DNA of 64,000 nt from Euglena gracilis (taxonomy: Eukaryota), in the NCBI GenBank assembly GCA_039621445.1, contig CP154954.1, positions 24,192,954 to 24,256,953 on the forward strand, written 5' to 3'. Each line of letters begins with the position of its first letter. The stretch's first letter is position 1. The notes below the pieces were generated by a model, which was not told where the DNA came from, did no database searches, and saw only the letters and a program-made list of their open reading frames with translations. The position numbers were made by a program, and so were the translations under genes. This document shows positions 51,601 to 63,990 of the stretch, piece by piece.

Positions 51601-54600
51601 GCCCCCGGGGGGGGGGGGGGGGGGGGGGCCCCCCCCTCCCCCCAGTCTTTAAAAAAACCCCTGTCAGGAGAGGGGAAGGGCCTCTCCCGCGGACCCCCCC
51701 GGAACCAAAAGCATTTCTTCTCCGGGGCTTTGTGCCGGAAGACTGCTTTTTATCACATTTCTTTGTTCATTTGTTGAAAAGATTGCGAGTTCGGGCACTT
51801 TTTGAAGCCCCCCCCAGAATTTTTTTGGGCAGAAGGGGGAGGGGGGAAGGGGGCACCAGATCCCCCTTCCCCCCGAGAAGCAACCCGGGGGGTAAAAAAA
51901 AAACCTGCGCAAATCACTCTTCTTCTCCTGGGGAGGCGGGGGGTTCCGAGCAGGGCTTTGGCGGCGCAGGGGCTGCAGGCCTCCTCCTCCAAGCCGGGCC
52001 ACCCCGGCGCGGCCAGCCCGGCGGCGGTGAAGGACGCGTTCGAGCTGCCGCAGGGCGTGTCGGAATCGGTGCTGAGGTCCGCCTCCCTCCGCCCGCCTTC
52101 CAGCCAACCGAGCATCCCTCCCCGGCGGTGGGAATATGTTTGTGGAACAGACTTCCACGAAGCACTTGGCCGAAAATGTGACCGAATCCAATTTTTTTCC
52201 TGGCATGCTGGACCAAAAGCTGGAATCCATGACACGTCAGTCAAACCCTGTAGGTTTATTCCGGAGTGTCTGACTGGATTTTTTTTTTGCTCCGGACCCC
52301 ACCGGGGTGGGGGTCGGCCAGGACTGGCCTAAATTTCGGCGCCGAAGGCCCCAGAAATTTTGGGGTATCGACCAAAGTCTATTCATTTTTGGCCGTTATG
52401 GCCGAAATGGCCAAGTGACCCTCAGGGTCCTCCCCGAGGATGGGAAGTGGGTGACTGGTTTTTCAAAAGTAACTGACTAGTTTTTTGGAATGAACTCCCC
52501 CCTCCGGTGAAGACCTCCCTTCTGGAGATAAATTCTTTTCTTTTCCTGTGCTTTGTGCCCCATCCTGAAGAACGTCATTCTCCCTCAACCCTCTGTTATC
52601 CTGTGGCGCATTTGCTCAAAACGCCCACACTGGCCTGTTTCGATATCAGCAGTCTCCACCACATATGTCGCCTTGTGGCCCCAAATACCACCCTCCCTTG
52701 CTGAAAGAACACCACCCTTGTGTGGTGAACAACGGATAAACCGTCATTTCCCAGTCGCTGGTATTCCAGAGGTGAGGCATTCTTACCTTGGCATGTTCCT
52801 CGACCGCGAGGCGCATTGCCCCAGCGTCGATCTGGAACTCACAGGCCATTCCCGTGTGGCGACAGCTTGCTACCTGCTTGAAGTCGGAGTGCTTCAGGCG
52901 GCCTTCCACCTGCTTGTACTCCTTCTTCCATTTTTCCAACATCTCCAAGTCATTGACCACGGGACAGCCCCCCCCCCCACCACGGGTTGTTGATCACAGC
53001 TTAGTGGTCTTGGGACAAGCGAGGGTATGATTATGACACGGGGTCCTGTCTCTCGCAGGCAGTGGTATGACTGGGACACCAAGCGGTGGATGGAGGAGCA
53101 CGTGCAGGTGGTGGTGGACTGGCAGCCCCTGGCCCAGGGCAACCTCCGCGTGGCGGTGCGGATGCTGGACCTCTCCCGGCCAGGGTTAGACGGGGGGTTG
53201 GGGGTGGGGGGTGGCTGTCCCCGACCCCTTCCGCCTGCAAGGGATGTTCCTCTGAAGAAAGACTTTCCCGTTGGTGCCTCGTGCATCGGTCCAATTCAGC
53301 CCCGAATGATTTCCACAAAGTGCAACGCTGTCCTTTTTGGCAAGGTCGGAGGCAAAAATCAGTGATCCAGACTGCATTATTGGCCAGGTCGGGCTGTTCT
53401 CTGAATTCCACCCCCTGGGACTTGCGTTAAACCCTGCTCCTGGCCCAAGGGGCAACGGGCTTGTGTGGCAAAGTACCTGAAGGTGTTGCCTTATCTTGTG
53501 CCACGTGGCTCAGTCAAATTATCAAGTTGCTGAATGGTTTTTTTTTTTTTTTAAGTGTATTTATCTTTATTCTAATTCATTTATATGTCTGTAGATTTTT
53601 CAATTAACCAATACCTGCGAAAAGAGCACCTTATGATTCAATGTGGTTGTATTTTTCAGAGAGCCTTATTTTAAAAATCCTGTTTTTTTGAAAGCAGGAA
53701 AAACGAAAAGTTTAATTTTTAACAATGTTTGAGGGTGGCAGAGTACTTCCTGAATTGATATATCCCATTGCCGAAAGGAACTGGGAACGGCACAGTCCCT
53801 TCAGACGAGGGTGTTGCAGGCCCTCCTGAATACCACATATCTCGATTATCGATGCCTGGAGTTAGAGTCCAAGGCGTTTTTTTTCCCTTTCTGTTGGGTG
53901 TATTTTCCAAACTCAAAAAACTTCCAAATCCAAACCACTTCACCAGCTGCTGTGGGGTAACCCTAACACTCACCCCACATGAAATTGAAACCCTTCCTGA
54001 AATTCTGGTAAATCAGAGATGCCCCTCTTTTCAACGTACCCCATCGTTGTGTCATTCATGAACCTTGACCTCATGAACCTTGTCAACCTGTGACCTTGAA
54101 CTTGTGTCATTCATGAACCTTTCAATCTTCAAATGGTTCCCAATAAAATTAAAAAAAATGCCTGCTCCACAGAGAGCCTTGCGTGACAACCTGAAGAAGA
54201 AAGGTTTGGAGATAGGCTTAGGGTTACGGTGAGTTCTGGGTGGAGGAGTGGTTCTTTGAAGGAGGGAATAGATCCCGGAGTTACGTCAATTTTCTCTAGG
54301 GTTTTTTTTTAAAAAGTATGATGCCTGCTTCCGCTGTGGATGTGTCAGCCGAAGTTGGTCTTTTGTGGGGGGGGGGAGCTGGTTACCGGGAAAATAAAAT
54401 TTGAGCAGGAAAGAACGTTTCGCAAAAAGTTCTCGTATTTTTGTCAGGATTTCCAACGTGGTTGATGCAGAATTTTCAACTCCAACTTAACTCTGCCAAG
54501 GATGTGATGATTGCTGTTATGATTGCTCCAATAAGATAGCAAAAATTTCAGTCCCCTCCCCCACAGTGTTGCAAGGAGTTTTCTGTGTTCAAAATCTCAG

Positions 54601-57438
54601 GGCTGGGAAAATCATAAGATTTTGGAGGTAATTCTCATGGATATTGCCAGAAGAGCAATTTTGGAATTTTTCAATCCAGAATCTTCCGGACTTTTTCCAG
54701 TTTTGTCCAATATTTCCTTCTTTTCTTGTCATTGATCATTGATCGCCCCCATACAGATTTATGCCCCCAATCACAGTTTTGAAAGGGGGACACACACCTT
54801 TGTTCACTGCTTTGCGGAAACGCTGGAGGGCACTCCCCGACCCCTCCCAGATTTCTTTTTAATCAAGGTCGCAGGTGGGTGGGTGCTCTGTGCAGGAGGG
54901 GAGGCAAGCACTTTGGACCCCCCTGGGGGGTCGGGTTTTGGGGTTGGTAATGTAATAGCACACCCCCTGGCACCGAAGGTGCTGGGGGCCAAAAGTGGCC
55001 ATTTTCAAGGGAAATTGACTTGGCCGGGTCCCAAATCCAACCTCCTGGAGGGAGGGTTGCTTTGGGAGGCGCCCCATAGGGCAAGGCACCCCTCCCCCCC
55101 CCCTCAGGGTTGGTAAACAGAAGCCAGACCCCTCCTCCACGGGGGAGGGTGGTGGATTTTTGAGAGCGGGTGGGTGGGTGGGTGGATCGCTGGCCAACCA
55201 CACCTCGGTCCACCATGGGTCAATCTGGCCCGGCCAAAGGCCAGGCCGGATAGTTTTTCAAGGGTTTCCGGCCAATTTTTTGGTGGTTGGGTGGGTGGGT
55301 CGACCCCCGGGTGGGGGGAATCGTGGGTGGGTGGGTTTTCAAAAGGGGGTGGGTGGGGTTGGGCCCAGGAAAAGTGCATTAGTGAAACTGTGGTCGGGAT
55401 GTGCGCCACCCCAAGTTCCGAGTTGCACCACAGGACCCCCCCCCCCAAGCGGCGCCTGGGGTTTCCGTCGCTCTGCACAGCCGGAGCACTACGACCCGAA
55501 GGAGGGGGACCAGCAGTACTTCGTGGACGTGGAGATGCAGGCGCACTGTCGGGCAGTGGCGGACGCCTTCAACGCTGCCCGGCCGCCGAAGGAGGTCTCC
55601 TTCTTGGAGGCCGGGCCTTTCTCTCTGGGAGCTCACTCCCCCCCCCCCTTCCCCCAATGGTTCGGTCGGTCCCCACCGAGGACGGTTTGCCTCCAGTGGC
55701 TGGGATGCTCCACACCCGGCTCCGTCAAGATAACCCATTTCCCCACCTATGGGGGTCCTTCCTTTTGGCTCGCTGGCCAAAAAACCATCCGGACAATGTC
55801 ACCTGGTCTCAATCTAGGGGCAGAGTGAATGGAAAGATGCCACCATTCACATTTCACATTAAAATGGATATGATGTCAGGTGCCATTTGGAATCCGTCTG
55901 GGCATTGGCGGTGCTCCCTTTTCGCCAACAGATGAACCCTCATTCGCACTTGTGCCGTCACTTGCTCTGGGCTGAATTTCAAGGTGCGGCCGACCCTACC
56001 CTACCCTGCTGGTACCCCAAGGTACTCCAATACCCCTCTCCCCCAGGGTTTGCCAAATCCAGCCTGCCCCATTGTTGTGGTTGGTACCCTGTTTTTGGAG
56101 GCCTGTCGTTTTGGGCAGAGGCCAGTGTTACCCTTCCCATTGACGTGTGATATGCCATCGTTGGACAAACTTGTCAGCTGGCTGTAGGTGTCTACCTGTT
56201 TGGGGTTGCTAGGAAAGAGGAACAGGGCTCGTCGCAGGCATGGGTGATCTGCCGCTCTGGCAACGTGCTACCAAACCAACGGGTGTGCTTTGTTTGCCTT
56301 CGTGCATTTCTCGGAAGAGCTCAAAGTTCCCCAAGAAAGAGTATGATTATCAATTCAGCCTTTTAACCTTTCTCTGATAATTTGGCTTATATCATACTTT
56401 CATGTTTTGGATAAGTTGGATTATATTTCATCTTACAAATTTGGGAAAGCGCTATTTCCCTTCATAAAATGTCTAATGGAGTGTATTATTTTTTGTGCTC
56501 TTCCGTAAGAGGTTCCTATGTGTCCCCCCTCTGATGGTTTCCTGCCTCTCTGTGTGGCCTCAGGTCCTCGCAGCCGAACCGTATATTGACCCCACAAGCT
56601 ACTTGAAGCACAACAACAACCACACATCACCCCCCGTTTTGCCTCTGTGCCTCACTTCACGCACAGGGGAGCACACACCAGCCGGTGGACCAGCCCCAGG
56701 ATGGGGTGATGTGTGGCCCCAATTGGGGGTTTGTTCATCCCCTGGCCCGGAACACGCCGCAGGCGTTCTCCCATTTCTCCTGGGAGTACACCCAGCACCG
56801 ATTCATGATCGTCAGCCAGGCTGTCAGGCAGATGGATATCCGCCCGATGCCGCAATTTTTTTTATTGGCATCCCTGTCCCCCAGATGACCTCCTGTCGCC
56901 TCATGTCTGCCCGCTGTGGTTTCAGTGGCGCATTTCCCCTCCGGCCTCATTCTGTTTTGTCACCCGAGCCTTTCGCCGGCAGCCTGCCTGGGATATCCAG
57001 GGAGTGGGGGACGTGTACACGGACCCCCAGATCCACAGTGCGACCCATGCAGTTGCTTTGTGCCTTCGGTGTCGATTACTTACGCCGCTCCTGGGTGCGG
57101 GGTGGTTGGCGGGCAGGACCCTGGGGGATTCTCCGACTACAACAAATGGTAATGGCTGGGGAGGCTGTTTTGTCAACATTGGGGGGAGGGTGGTATCTGA
57201 GTTCCTTTGGGTAGTACGAAGGTTCTCATCACCCATTCTGTAGTCCGCAGGGTTGAACGCCATTTTGCCCAAACATCAGCTGAATTTGCTGTGCAGCCCA
57301 AATTTTCATTGGAATGGCCTGGGGGGGGGGGTGGGTTGACGGAGGGGGATCAACTGCATGATTGAAAAGGACCCTGATATTTTCATTTTGATTGAGGAAG
57401 CACCCACCTCCCATTGGACAGAAAAAAATACACTGTGG

Positions 57439-57476
<38 letters not shown>

Positions 57477-57719
57477 CGCTGAGCTTGCCTCGACCCTCTC
57501 CTGTGGTGGGCACATGTATGGCGCTGACGACGATGGAACGGGGAAGGGACCCTGGGGGATGGGCAACTGCGGCATGGAGGCCAGGCTTTGAGCACCGTAT
57601 TATCACCCCACCTGCAAGTGCACGAAACACCAATGAATACTCAGCACCCAGCAAGCAAAAAGAACACAGACAACACCCCCCCCCCCATACACCCACCCAC
57701 CCACCTGCACGCACCCACG

Positions 57720-57776
<57 letters not shown>

Positions 57777-60700
57777 ACGCACTCACTCACTCTGACACAC
57801 ACACGCACGCACACACACACACACACACACACCCACCCACCCACACGTGTGCAATTTCGGATGGATGAAAATGCATGCACAATTCTCAAATAAAAAAAAT
57901 CCATAAAACAGGGCATTTTAGAAACAACAAGAAAGTGGGTGTATCTTCGTTCAGTTTTGGATTGAATATGAATGAATATTGCTTTCTGATGCTATTTTAA
58001 TTTTGATCGGACAGGACATTAAAGTTTGCAAAAAGCTGGTGTTTTGTGTGTGTGTGTGTGTGAAATGTTTTCCTGATCTGATGAACGACGAATAAAAGGA
58101 CAGCCCACATCTCTTGGCTCCCCCGGTTGTGTGGAGGCCATGCAAGTAGGACACCTCTGATTCCCTGGTTCCGCCGCAGGATATTCTGACATTTCAACCC
58201 CACCCCCACTGATCCCCCCCCCCCCCCCACTTATACCCCCCCCCCCTCGGGCCGACCAACCAAACCGGATCCTATAACCCCCCCCCCCCCCGGGGAAGAA
58301 AAATGGAAACCGCCGGGGACGATTTTTCCAGCCCCAAACCACCCAAATACTGATTTTTTGGCAATTTTTTTTTTTTGAGACCGACCATCATCAAAAATGC
58401 CATTTTGACGAAATATGCCGAAAATTGCCAATTTGGGGGGTTTCGGGTCATTTTGGGGGGGGGGTCGGATTTTCACCAACAATTCCGGATCCTATAACCC
58501 CCCCCCCCCTGCCGGCCGACCGGCCGACCAACCTGACCAGAACCTATAAACCCGGGTGGTTTATGTTTGTGTTGTGTTTGATCTTGATGTTAGGATGTTA
58601 GTTGATGTTGGAGTTTGAGTAGGGTTACAGTTAATTTTGGAATGTGGTTTGGGTTGTGGTTTAAGCGAGAAATTGGGGTGGGTTGGGTGTATCATGCCTA
58701 AATTTAGCCTGAATTAAGGCCAAAAATGTGGCTTTGAACTCCGACCAAAATTTTCGTCAAATTTTTGTGTTAATTTGCCAGATCTTTGAATACAACTTCT
58801 CACCCCAACCCAACTTCTATAATTAACCCTAAATCAGAATCGTGGGGAAGGTGGCCTCCAAAATGTTCTCCCGACACGGATTGCCTTCAAGGATCAAACA
58901 ATATTATTTTTATCATTGTTCATTTTCATCATTTTATTGAAGGCAACCATCTGCATTTCTTCTGCCAAGAAAATTCTCTCGCCAGAGAATGCCTTTTCAA
59001 ACAATTATTTTGGGGGTACAGTTTTTTTTTTTGGCCTGGTGTTGCTCCACCAGAAAACTGCTGTTATGGTCGTTGCGGCTGTTCAGATGGGGTCACCCGC
59101 GCCCCCATAGGGTGGAGGTGAGGTCCTTACCGACCCCCATGGAGGGGGGGTCGGTACGGTCGGTACGACCCCCTCGATGACGGCTGCCCCCTCCAAGCCT
59201 GCCGCTGGGCATCAACAAGTTCCTGGAGACCCACCACTGCAACGCCGTCTGCCGCGCGCTGGGCATCGCCCGGCCCTCCAAGGTCGCCGTCGCGCAGCCC
59301 ACCACGTCCTCCGGCACGCAGGTCGGCGGGCGACTCTCCGATGAAGAAATACAGAGGAATGGCTGCTGGCCGTTTGCCACCCACGCAGAAGTGTCCGCAG
59401 CCTATTTTGCGCGCGGGAGGTTTGCTCAGCAGGACGTTGGAAGAAAGAAATGGACGCGCTGCTTTAATAGCCCGCAAAGTTGTAGTTTTGGGTGCTGCCC
59501 TTATGGTTCAAAGGGCGTGGAAAGTTAGATTTGTAAAGTAAGTTAGTTTTCATTTCTTTTTTTTAAGAAATGTATTCTGTGCATTTTGTGTCACCAACGT
59601 TGGATCAATTTCTTTCCCTTTCTCTACCTCTTACATTTCAGGTACCGTTGAGGGACAACAGGAGCACTCCGGCGTGGAATTTCAAGCTTCATGACTTCGA
59701 CCAGCGAAACCCTCCTTCCGCATGCCGCCGTCATCTGGCCTCCCTGGCATTTCAAATCAAGCACCAAGCCTCGTCATTGGAATTAGAGGTTGGTTATGTA
59801 TCTGAAACTTCACACAAAAATTTCCCCCTCCCTGTTTTTGTCCTGTGTTTTTATCATGTATTATTTCATCTGTCCACAAACTTGACTTCAGGGCAATTTT
59901 GGTCCAGGTGTGCCCTAAGCACAAACTCTACAACTCTGCCTTCATTTGACAGCCTGGGCCGACCATGGTCCTTGGCTAAAGGAAGCCCAGACGATACCAG
60001 AGCTCCCAAAGAAGGTGCTCGCCTCCCTGTACAAGCTTTCTGGAGGCAAACTTGTTTAAGTGGACTCAGTGCACTAAATTGTTTTCTTCTCAAGTTTGCT
60101 GCCAAAAAAGCCAAAAAACTTGTTCCGTGCAATACCAATGGGTTGGGTTTTTTTCTTCTGTCCGCAAATTGTGTCTTTCCGTCAACACGGGGGGGGTGCT
60201 TAACCCCCCCCCCCCCTGTGTCAACGCCACATTCCCTGAAAAATGCCGTGTGTTGGATAGGGATGAGGTTGGGGATTTCTTCGCGATTCAGTGCCCTGAT
60301 CAACGGCTGCGTGTCTCCAGACCAATGAGCACAGGCGGTCCCTCAGTTTGCTAACGGGGCCGGGGAGCTTTCGCTGTGACCATCCGTGACCTGCGGCCGG
60401 TGCGGGACGGCATGGGCAGGGGCGGGTTCCCTGTCGTCTCAGGCAGAACTCTGCCGTGGCCGGCCACCACGGACCGGAAATGGGCAGGCAGCACCACTTG
60501 AAGAACTGGGGCAATGGAATGGGGCCATCCATAGCCGCCAGGGAAACTGCACACTGACACTGAAAGACAGGGGCAGAGGAAAAGCGGTGTTGAGGAACAG
60601 CGGTTTGAGCTTTGAAGGGCGGGGCAAAAGGGGGAGCACAAACAGAAATTGGAGTAACCGCCCTCCCCCAGTAGAAGCACGGGTGCGCTTATAGCGGACC

Positions 60701-61980
60701 GCCGCCTCTGGCAGCGGGGTTGCCTTCTATTTGGACCCTACCTCCGCGATTTTTGCTGGTTTTCTTCAGAAATCCCATGGGGGGGGGTTGCGCTTGTAGC
60801 GAACCGCCGCCTTTGGCGGCGGCGGCGGCAGGGGTGTACGCTTTTATTTCGACCCCGTGCTTGTAGCGGCCCCGTGCTTCTATATGCTGTTTGAGCTTAT
60901 CGTGCCATCATCATCACAAATCAATTGTGTGTTTTCCAGACTTGATGACTTTAGGGGTGTGTGGCTTGCTCTCCATGTGCTCCTCCCTCCCCTGTGGCCC
61001 AACGTTGGAGGATTTGTCCTTGTTGAAGATGGAGATGGAGGAGTTCAACCACATTGTGGACCTTTTCAACGGCCTCGATAAGGATGGCAATGGCGTGGTA
61101 TGGTCCCCTTGCCTCGGCTTTCTGTACCTTTGCATGTGGCAGGGCGCGGATGGCCCACACCCCATCACCATTTCAGCCACATCCTTGAGTGCCGGCTGAA
61201 AAAATGAGTGATATGTGGGGGATGATGGGAGCGGCGCGGCAGGGGAGCATGTTTGGTTTTAGCTTTCAGTTTCAGTTTCAGTTTGAGTTTTCCCGACGTG
61301 CAGTCAAGAGGACCGGGGCTGGGGTTGTGGTCCCAGCAGGGGTTGCTCTTCGGGCATTGGAACTCCCGAATGATGGGCAGGGGTCTGTGCGCAATTCGAG
61401 GGTGATGAGGATAGCCTGCAAATGAAACTCATTTTTATCAAGGAAACGATCCATAGAAAACGAACGCTTACAAAGTGTCTTTTTTTTGAGGGATGGGGTC
61501 GAGGGATTCATGGCATGATATTAATTTTTTGTGTTTTATGACTTTTTTGATTTATGTCTGATTTTGTGGTCCTTTGTGCAGTGGATGGTTTCAGCCACCC
61601 TCGAAGCTTTGCAGTGGCCGCTCGACGCTCTGCAGCCGGCCACCTTCACCTGAACAACATCGCCGCTTTTCTAAGGTCTCTTCCGCCAGGCACCCCTCCC
61701 CCCCCCCTTCACAGCTGACGCCGCGCAAAAAGCTCCACCGAGAGGGGGGTGAAAAAGGGGGGATGAAAAAAAGGGGGGGGAAAGGGGAAAAGGAAAAAAA
61801 AGCCACTCCCCCGCCCCCTGTCACAGCTTCGGACGGACGGTGGGTGGACGAGTGCTGTCCCGCATGGACTCCGCCACCTTTGCGTTCAACCGGGAGAACA
61901 CGCAGTACCTCCTGCAGCTGGCCCAGAGCTCCGAGATCTCGTTCAAGCAGTTCCTGCTGTGGTACAAGGGCGTGGAGTGA
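46885..61980 (+). CDS. Multi-exon alpha-kinase (eEF2K/MHCK family) with two RanBP2-type zinc fingers and a C-terminal EF-hand
   Basis: Exons approx 46885-46972, 47142-47380, 48767-49020, 49429-49651, 50962-51013, 51175-51251, 51959-52076, 53059-53177, 53442-53482, 55481-55609, 56238-56264, 56564-56617, 56721-56813, 56992-57037, 57521-57578, 59207-59321, 59642-59698, 60382-60413, 61001-61097, 61850-61980. Yields [77 protein letters not shown]. Confidence 0.88.
48767..49575 (+). CDS. Two RanBP2-type zinc fingers (separate exons)
   Basis: [18 protein letters not shown] and [20 protein letters not shown] match W-x-C-x2-C-x3-N-x6-C-x2-C. Confidence 0.85.
50124..50423. mobile_element. hAT-type MITE, 8-bp TSD, nested in an AATAAGACCC-family repeat
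   Basis: GACCCCAC|CAGGCTGT...ACAGCCTG|GACCCCAC. Confidence 0.9.
51014..51174 (+). mobile_element. MITE-derived intron (element 51017-51169, 16-bp TIR, perfect 8-bp TSD)
   Basis: GTCCAGGC|CAGGGTTGTATGGGAA...TTCCCATACAACCCTG|GTCCAGGC; removing 161 nt restores [17 protein letters not shown]. Confidence 0.88.
53178..53441 (+). other. Nonconventional intron, MITE-like, 7/8 TSD
   Basis: CTCCCGGC|CAGGGTTAGACG...CGTTAAACCCTG|CTCCTGGC; splicing gives [18 protein letters not shown]. Confidence 0.88.
55610..56237 (+). other. Intermediate intron (GC-AG with paired ends)
   Basis: FLE|AWVIC; TTGGAGGC vs TCGCAGGC flanks; CGGGCCTT can pair with AGGGCTCG. Confidence 0.75.
56618..56720 (+). other. Nonconventional intron (CAC/GTG variant, 14-bp terminal stem)
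   Basis: aacCACACATCACCCC...GGGGTGATGTGTGgcccc; splicing gives KHNN|NWGFV. Confidence 0.88.
56814..56991 (+). other. Nonconventional intron
   Basis: agcCAGGCTG...CAGCCTGcctgg; splicing gives FMIV|DIQG. Confidence 0.88.
57579..59206 (+). other. Nonconventional intron
   Basis: ggcCAGGCTT...AAGCCTGccgct; splicing gives [17 protein letters not shown]. Confidence 0.85.
57720..57846. repeat. (CA)n microsatellite; (CT)n at 57445-57472
   Basis: Direct repeats. Confidence 0.95.
59699..60381 (+). other. Nonconventional intron
   Basis: gacCAGCGAAA...TTTCGCTGtgacc; splicing gives KLHDF|IRDLRP. Confidence 0.75.
60414..61000 (+). other. Nonconventional intron (3+6 geometry)
   Basis: gggCAGGGGCGGG...CCCTCCCCTGtggccc; the EF-hand frame requires 6 rather than 5 nt after CTG. 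Confidence 0.55.
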
Positions 61981-62701
61981 GAGCGCCCCCTGACCCCTCA
62001 CACCCGCACGACCCGGAGGAAGGGCTGGGGGGACTGTGGGGCTCCGCCTGGCTGACCGACCAGGCCCGGAGTGCCCCGCACCTCCCGTCCCGTGTTGGAC
62101 GTTTGCCGCCCCTCCTCCTGCCCCACCCTGAACTGCCCACCCCTCAGCCCCTCGACCCGCTGCGATGGCAACCGCTCTGCTTCCTGGGGTTGTGCCTGAC
62201 GCCAGACGAGGTCAGCAAGGGAATTAAGGGGGGGGGTGGCCGACTGTTACCAGACCACACTCTCCCCCAATCCTTTGGCAGTTTGGACTGTTCATGCACG
62301 TATCAGGGGGGGGGGGGATGTGTTTCGCATTTTTTAACACATTTTTGCGCATTTTTTTCCCCTCAAAGCTGGGCTACCGCATTCCCCCAGCCGGCATGTA
62401 TTTGAGCTTTGGGGCAATTGGAGGAAAGCAATTCGGGGCAGTGTTTCCCAGGCCGCAGCAAGAGGCCCTGTGCCCCCACCACACTCGTGCACCTTCCCTG
62501 TGTTGCTTCGAAATGCTTCTCCAGCGACAAACCTGTCTTGTCTGCGCCGGTTGCCAACTCCTTGCATGGCAACAGCTTTCCATGTTCTTGTGGCACAGTC
62601 AACCGTTCACTGCTGAAATGGGATTGGCCATCAACCCCATCTTGCCAGGCGGTCAACTGATCTTTGGGTTTGACCGTCTTGGGTGCATGCAAATAATCTT
62701 A

Positions 62702-63115
62702 CCCCCCCCCCAAAATAAGACCCCCCCAAAATAAGACCCCCCCTGGGCTGATCGAGCAAAAATCCAAAAATAAGACCCCCCCATAAATAAGACCCCTTGA
62801 CGGTGCGAAGCGCCGGGGACGGTGAAAATTTTCCCTGAAAAATTACCAAAAACCCCAATTTCATTCACAAAAATGATGAAATTTCAAAAATTCTCAGATT
62901 TTTGAAGTGCAAAAAACATGGTAAATGTCAAATTACACCAATTTACACATGGCGCGAAGCGCCGAAGGAAAATTTTTAGCACTCTTGGGAACCTCTTTGG
63001 GCCCGGGTCGGTCAAGAAAAAGTCCAAAAATAAGACCCCCCCCCCCCCAAAATAAGACCCCCCCCCCACCTGAAGGCTTCCAGCAACCGACCCAAAAATA
63101 AGACCCGGGTCACGG
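62702..63115. mobile_element. AATAAGACCC-repeat MITE-like element
   Basis: Multiple AAAATAAGACCCC units; related sequence at about 50100-50720. Confidence 0.6.
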
Positions 63116-63535
63116 TACAGCTTTCATAACAGGTGTATGAAAGCTGTTCAAATACACAATTCCTGTGATCAGAGGAAAGTCCTACCAGAATGGAAGGCCT
63201 GATCAAATCAAGTATCATTAGTGTCATGCAATTTGACACTGTGGAAAATAGGAGAGTAATTTGTGGGATATTTGTTTGACAATAGTTTATATGTCATATA
63301 CATATTTTTCCGGGCATGCTTTTCGAAACAAGGCCTCTTTGATTGCTTTGTTTATGTCTTATTCAAACCATTTTCTTTCGAGTTTCTTTTCTTGTCGAAG
63401 GGTATTGTCGCTCTTACTGTGCGCGATTTCGTGCGAACTCGGCACAACTGCACTCAGCTAGTGGATGCACTTTTTTTTGCTACTGGTGGCTGCTGATTTT
63501 GTCAGTCTTTGTGTGCAGATGGTGCTACCCCCCAC

Positions 63536-63990
63536 CAGGGGGGGGGGAAATGCAACTTGCATAATTTGCATTTTTTTGCATAATCGGCTTTTCCCGAAAT
63601 TTGCATTTTTTTGCATTTTTTTGCATTTTGTTGCATAAAATATTTTCCCCGCAAAAATTTTTTGTGGTTGGTTGCCATATGTTTGATTTTTTTTGCATAT
63701 TTTTGCATTTTCTACATAAAATATTTTGCCCTGGAAAAAATTTTTGTTGTTGGTTGCCATATTTATGGATTTTTTTGCATTTTTTTTTTGCATTTTTTTG
63801 CATAAAATATTTTGCCCTGGAAAATTTTTTTGATCTTAGGCAGCAAAGCTCTGTTATATTCCAGCTTTTTCTCAGGTTTTTCATGCAATTTGCATTTTTT
63901 TTGCATTTTTTTGCATTTTTTTGCATTTTTTTTTGCATTTTTTTGACTTGCATAATTTGAAGGGCCCAGTTGCATTTCCCCCCCCCCCTG
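63536..63990. mobile_element. hAT-type MITE with internal TTTTTTGCA repeats
   Basis: CAGGGGGGGGGGAAATGCAAC...GTTGCATTTCCCCCCCCCCCTG flanked by CCCCCAC on both sides. Confidence 0.85.

Noticed and set aside
51346-51663. Further 8-bp-TSD MITE (CAGGGTTTTTTT...AAAAAAACCCCTG)
   Set aside because: TIR-like ends are present but the flanks do not match, so it is not counted as TSD evidence.
57038-57520. Exact junction of the QIH-to-ADDDG intron
   Set aside because: Neither GT-AG nor 3+5 geometry gives an unambiguous boundary; left unresolved, as are the junctions at 36225/39521, 47380/48767, 51251/51959 and 61097/61850.
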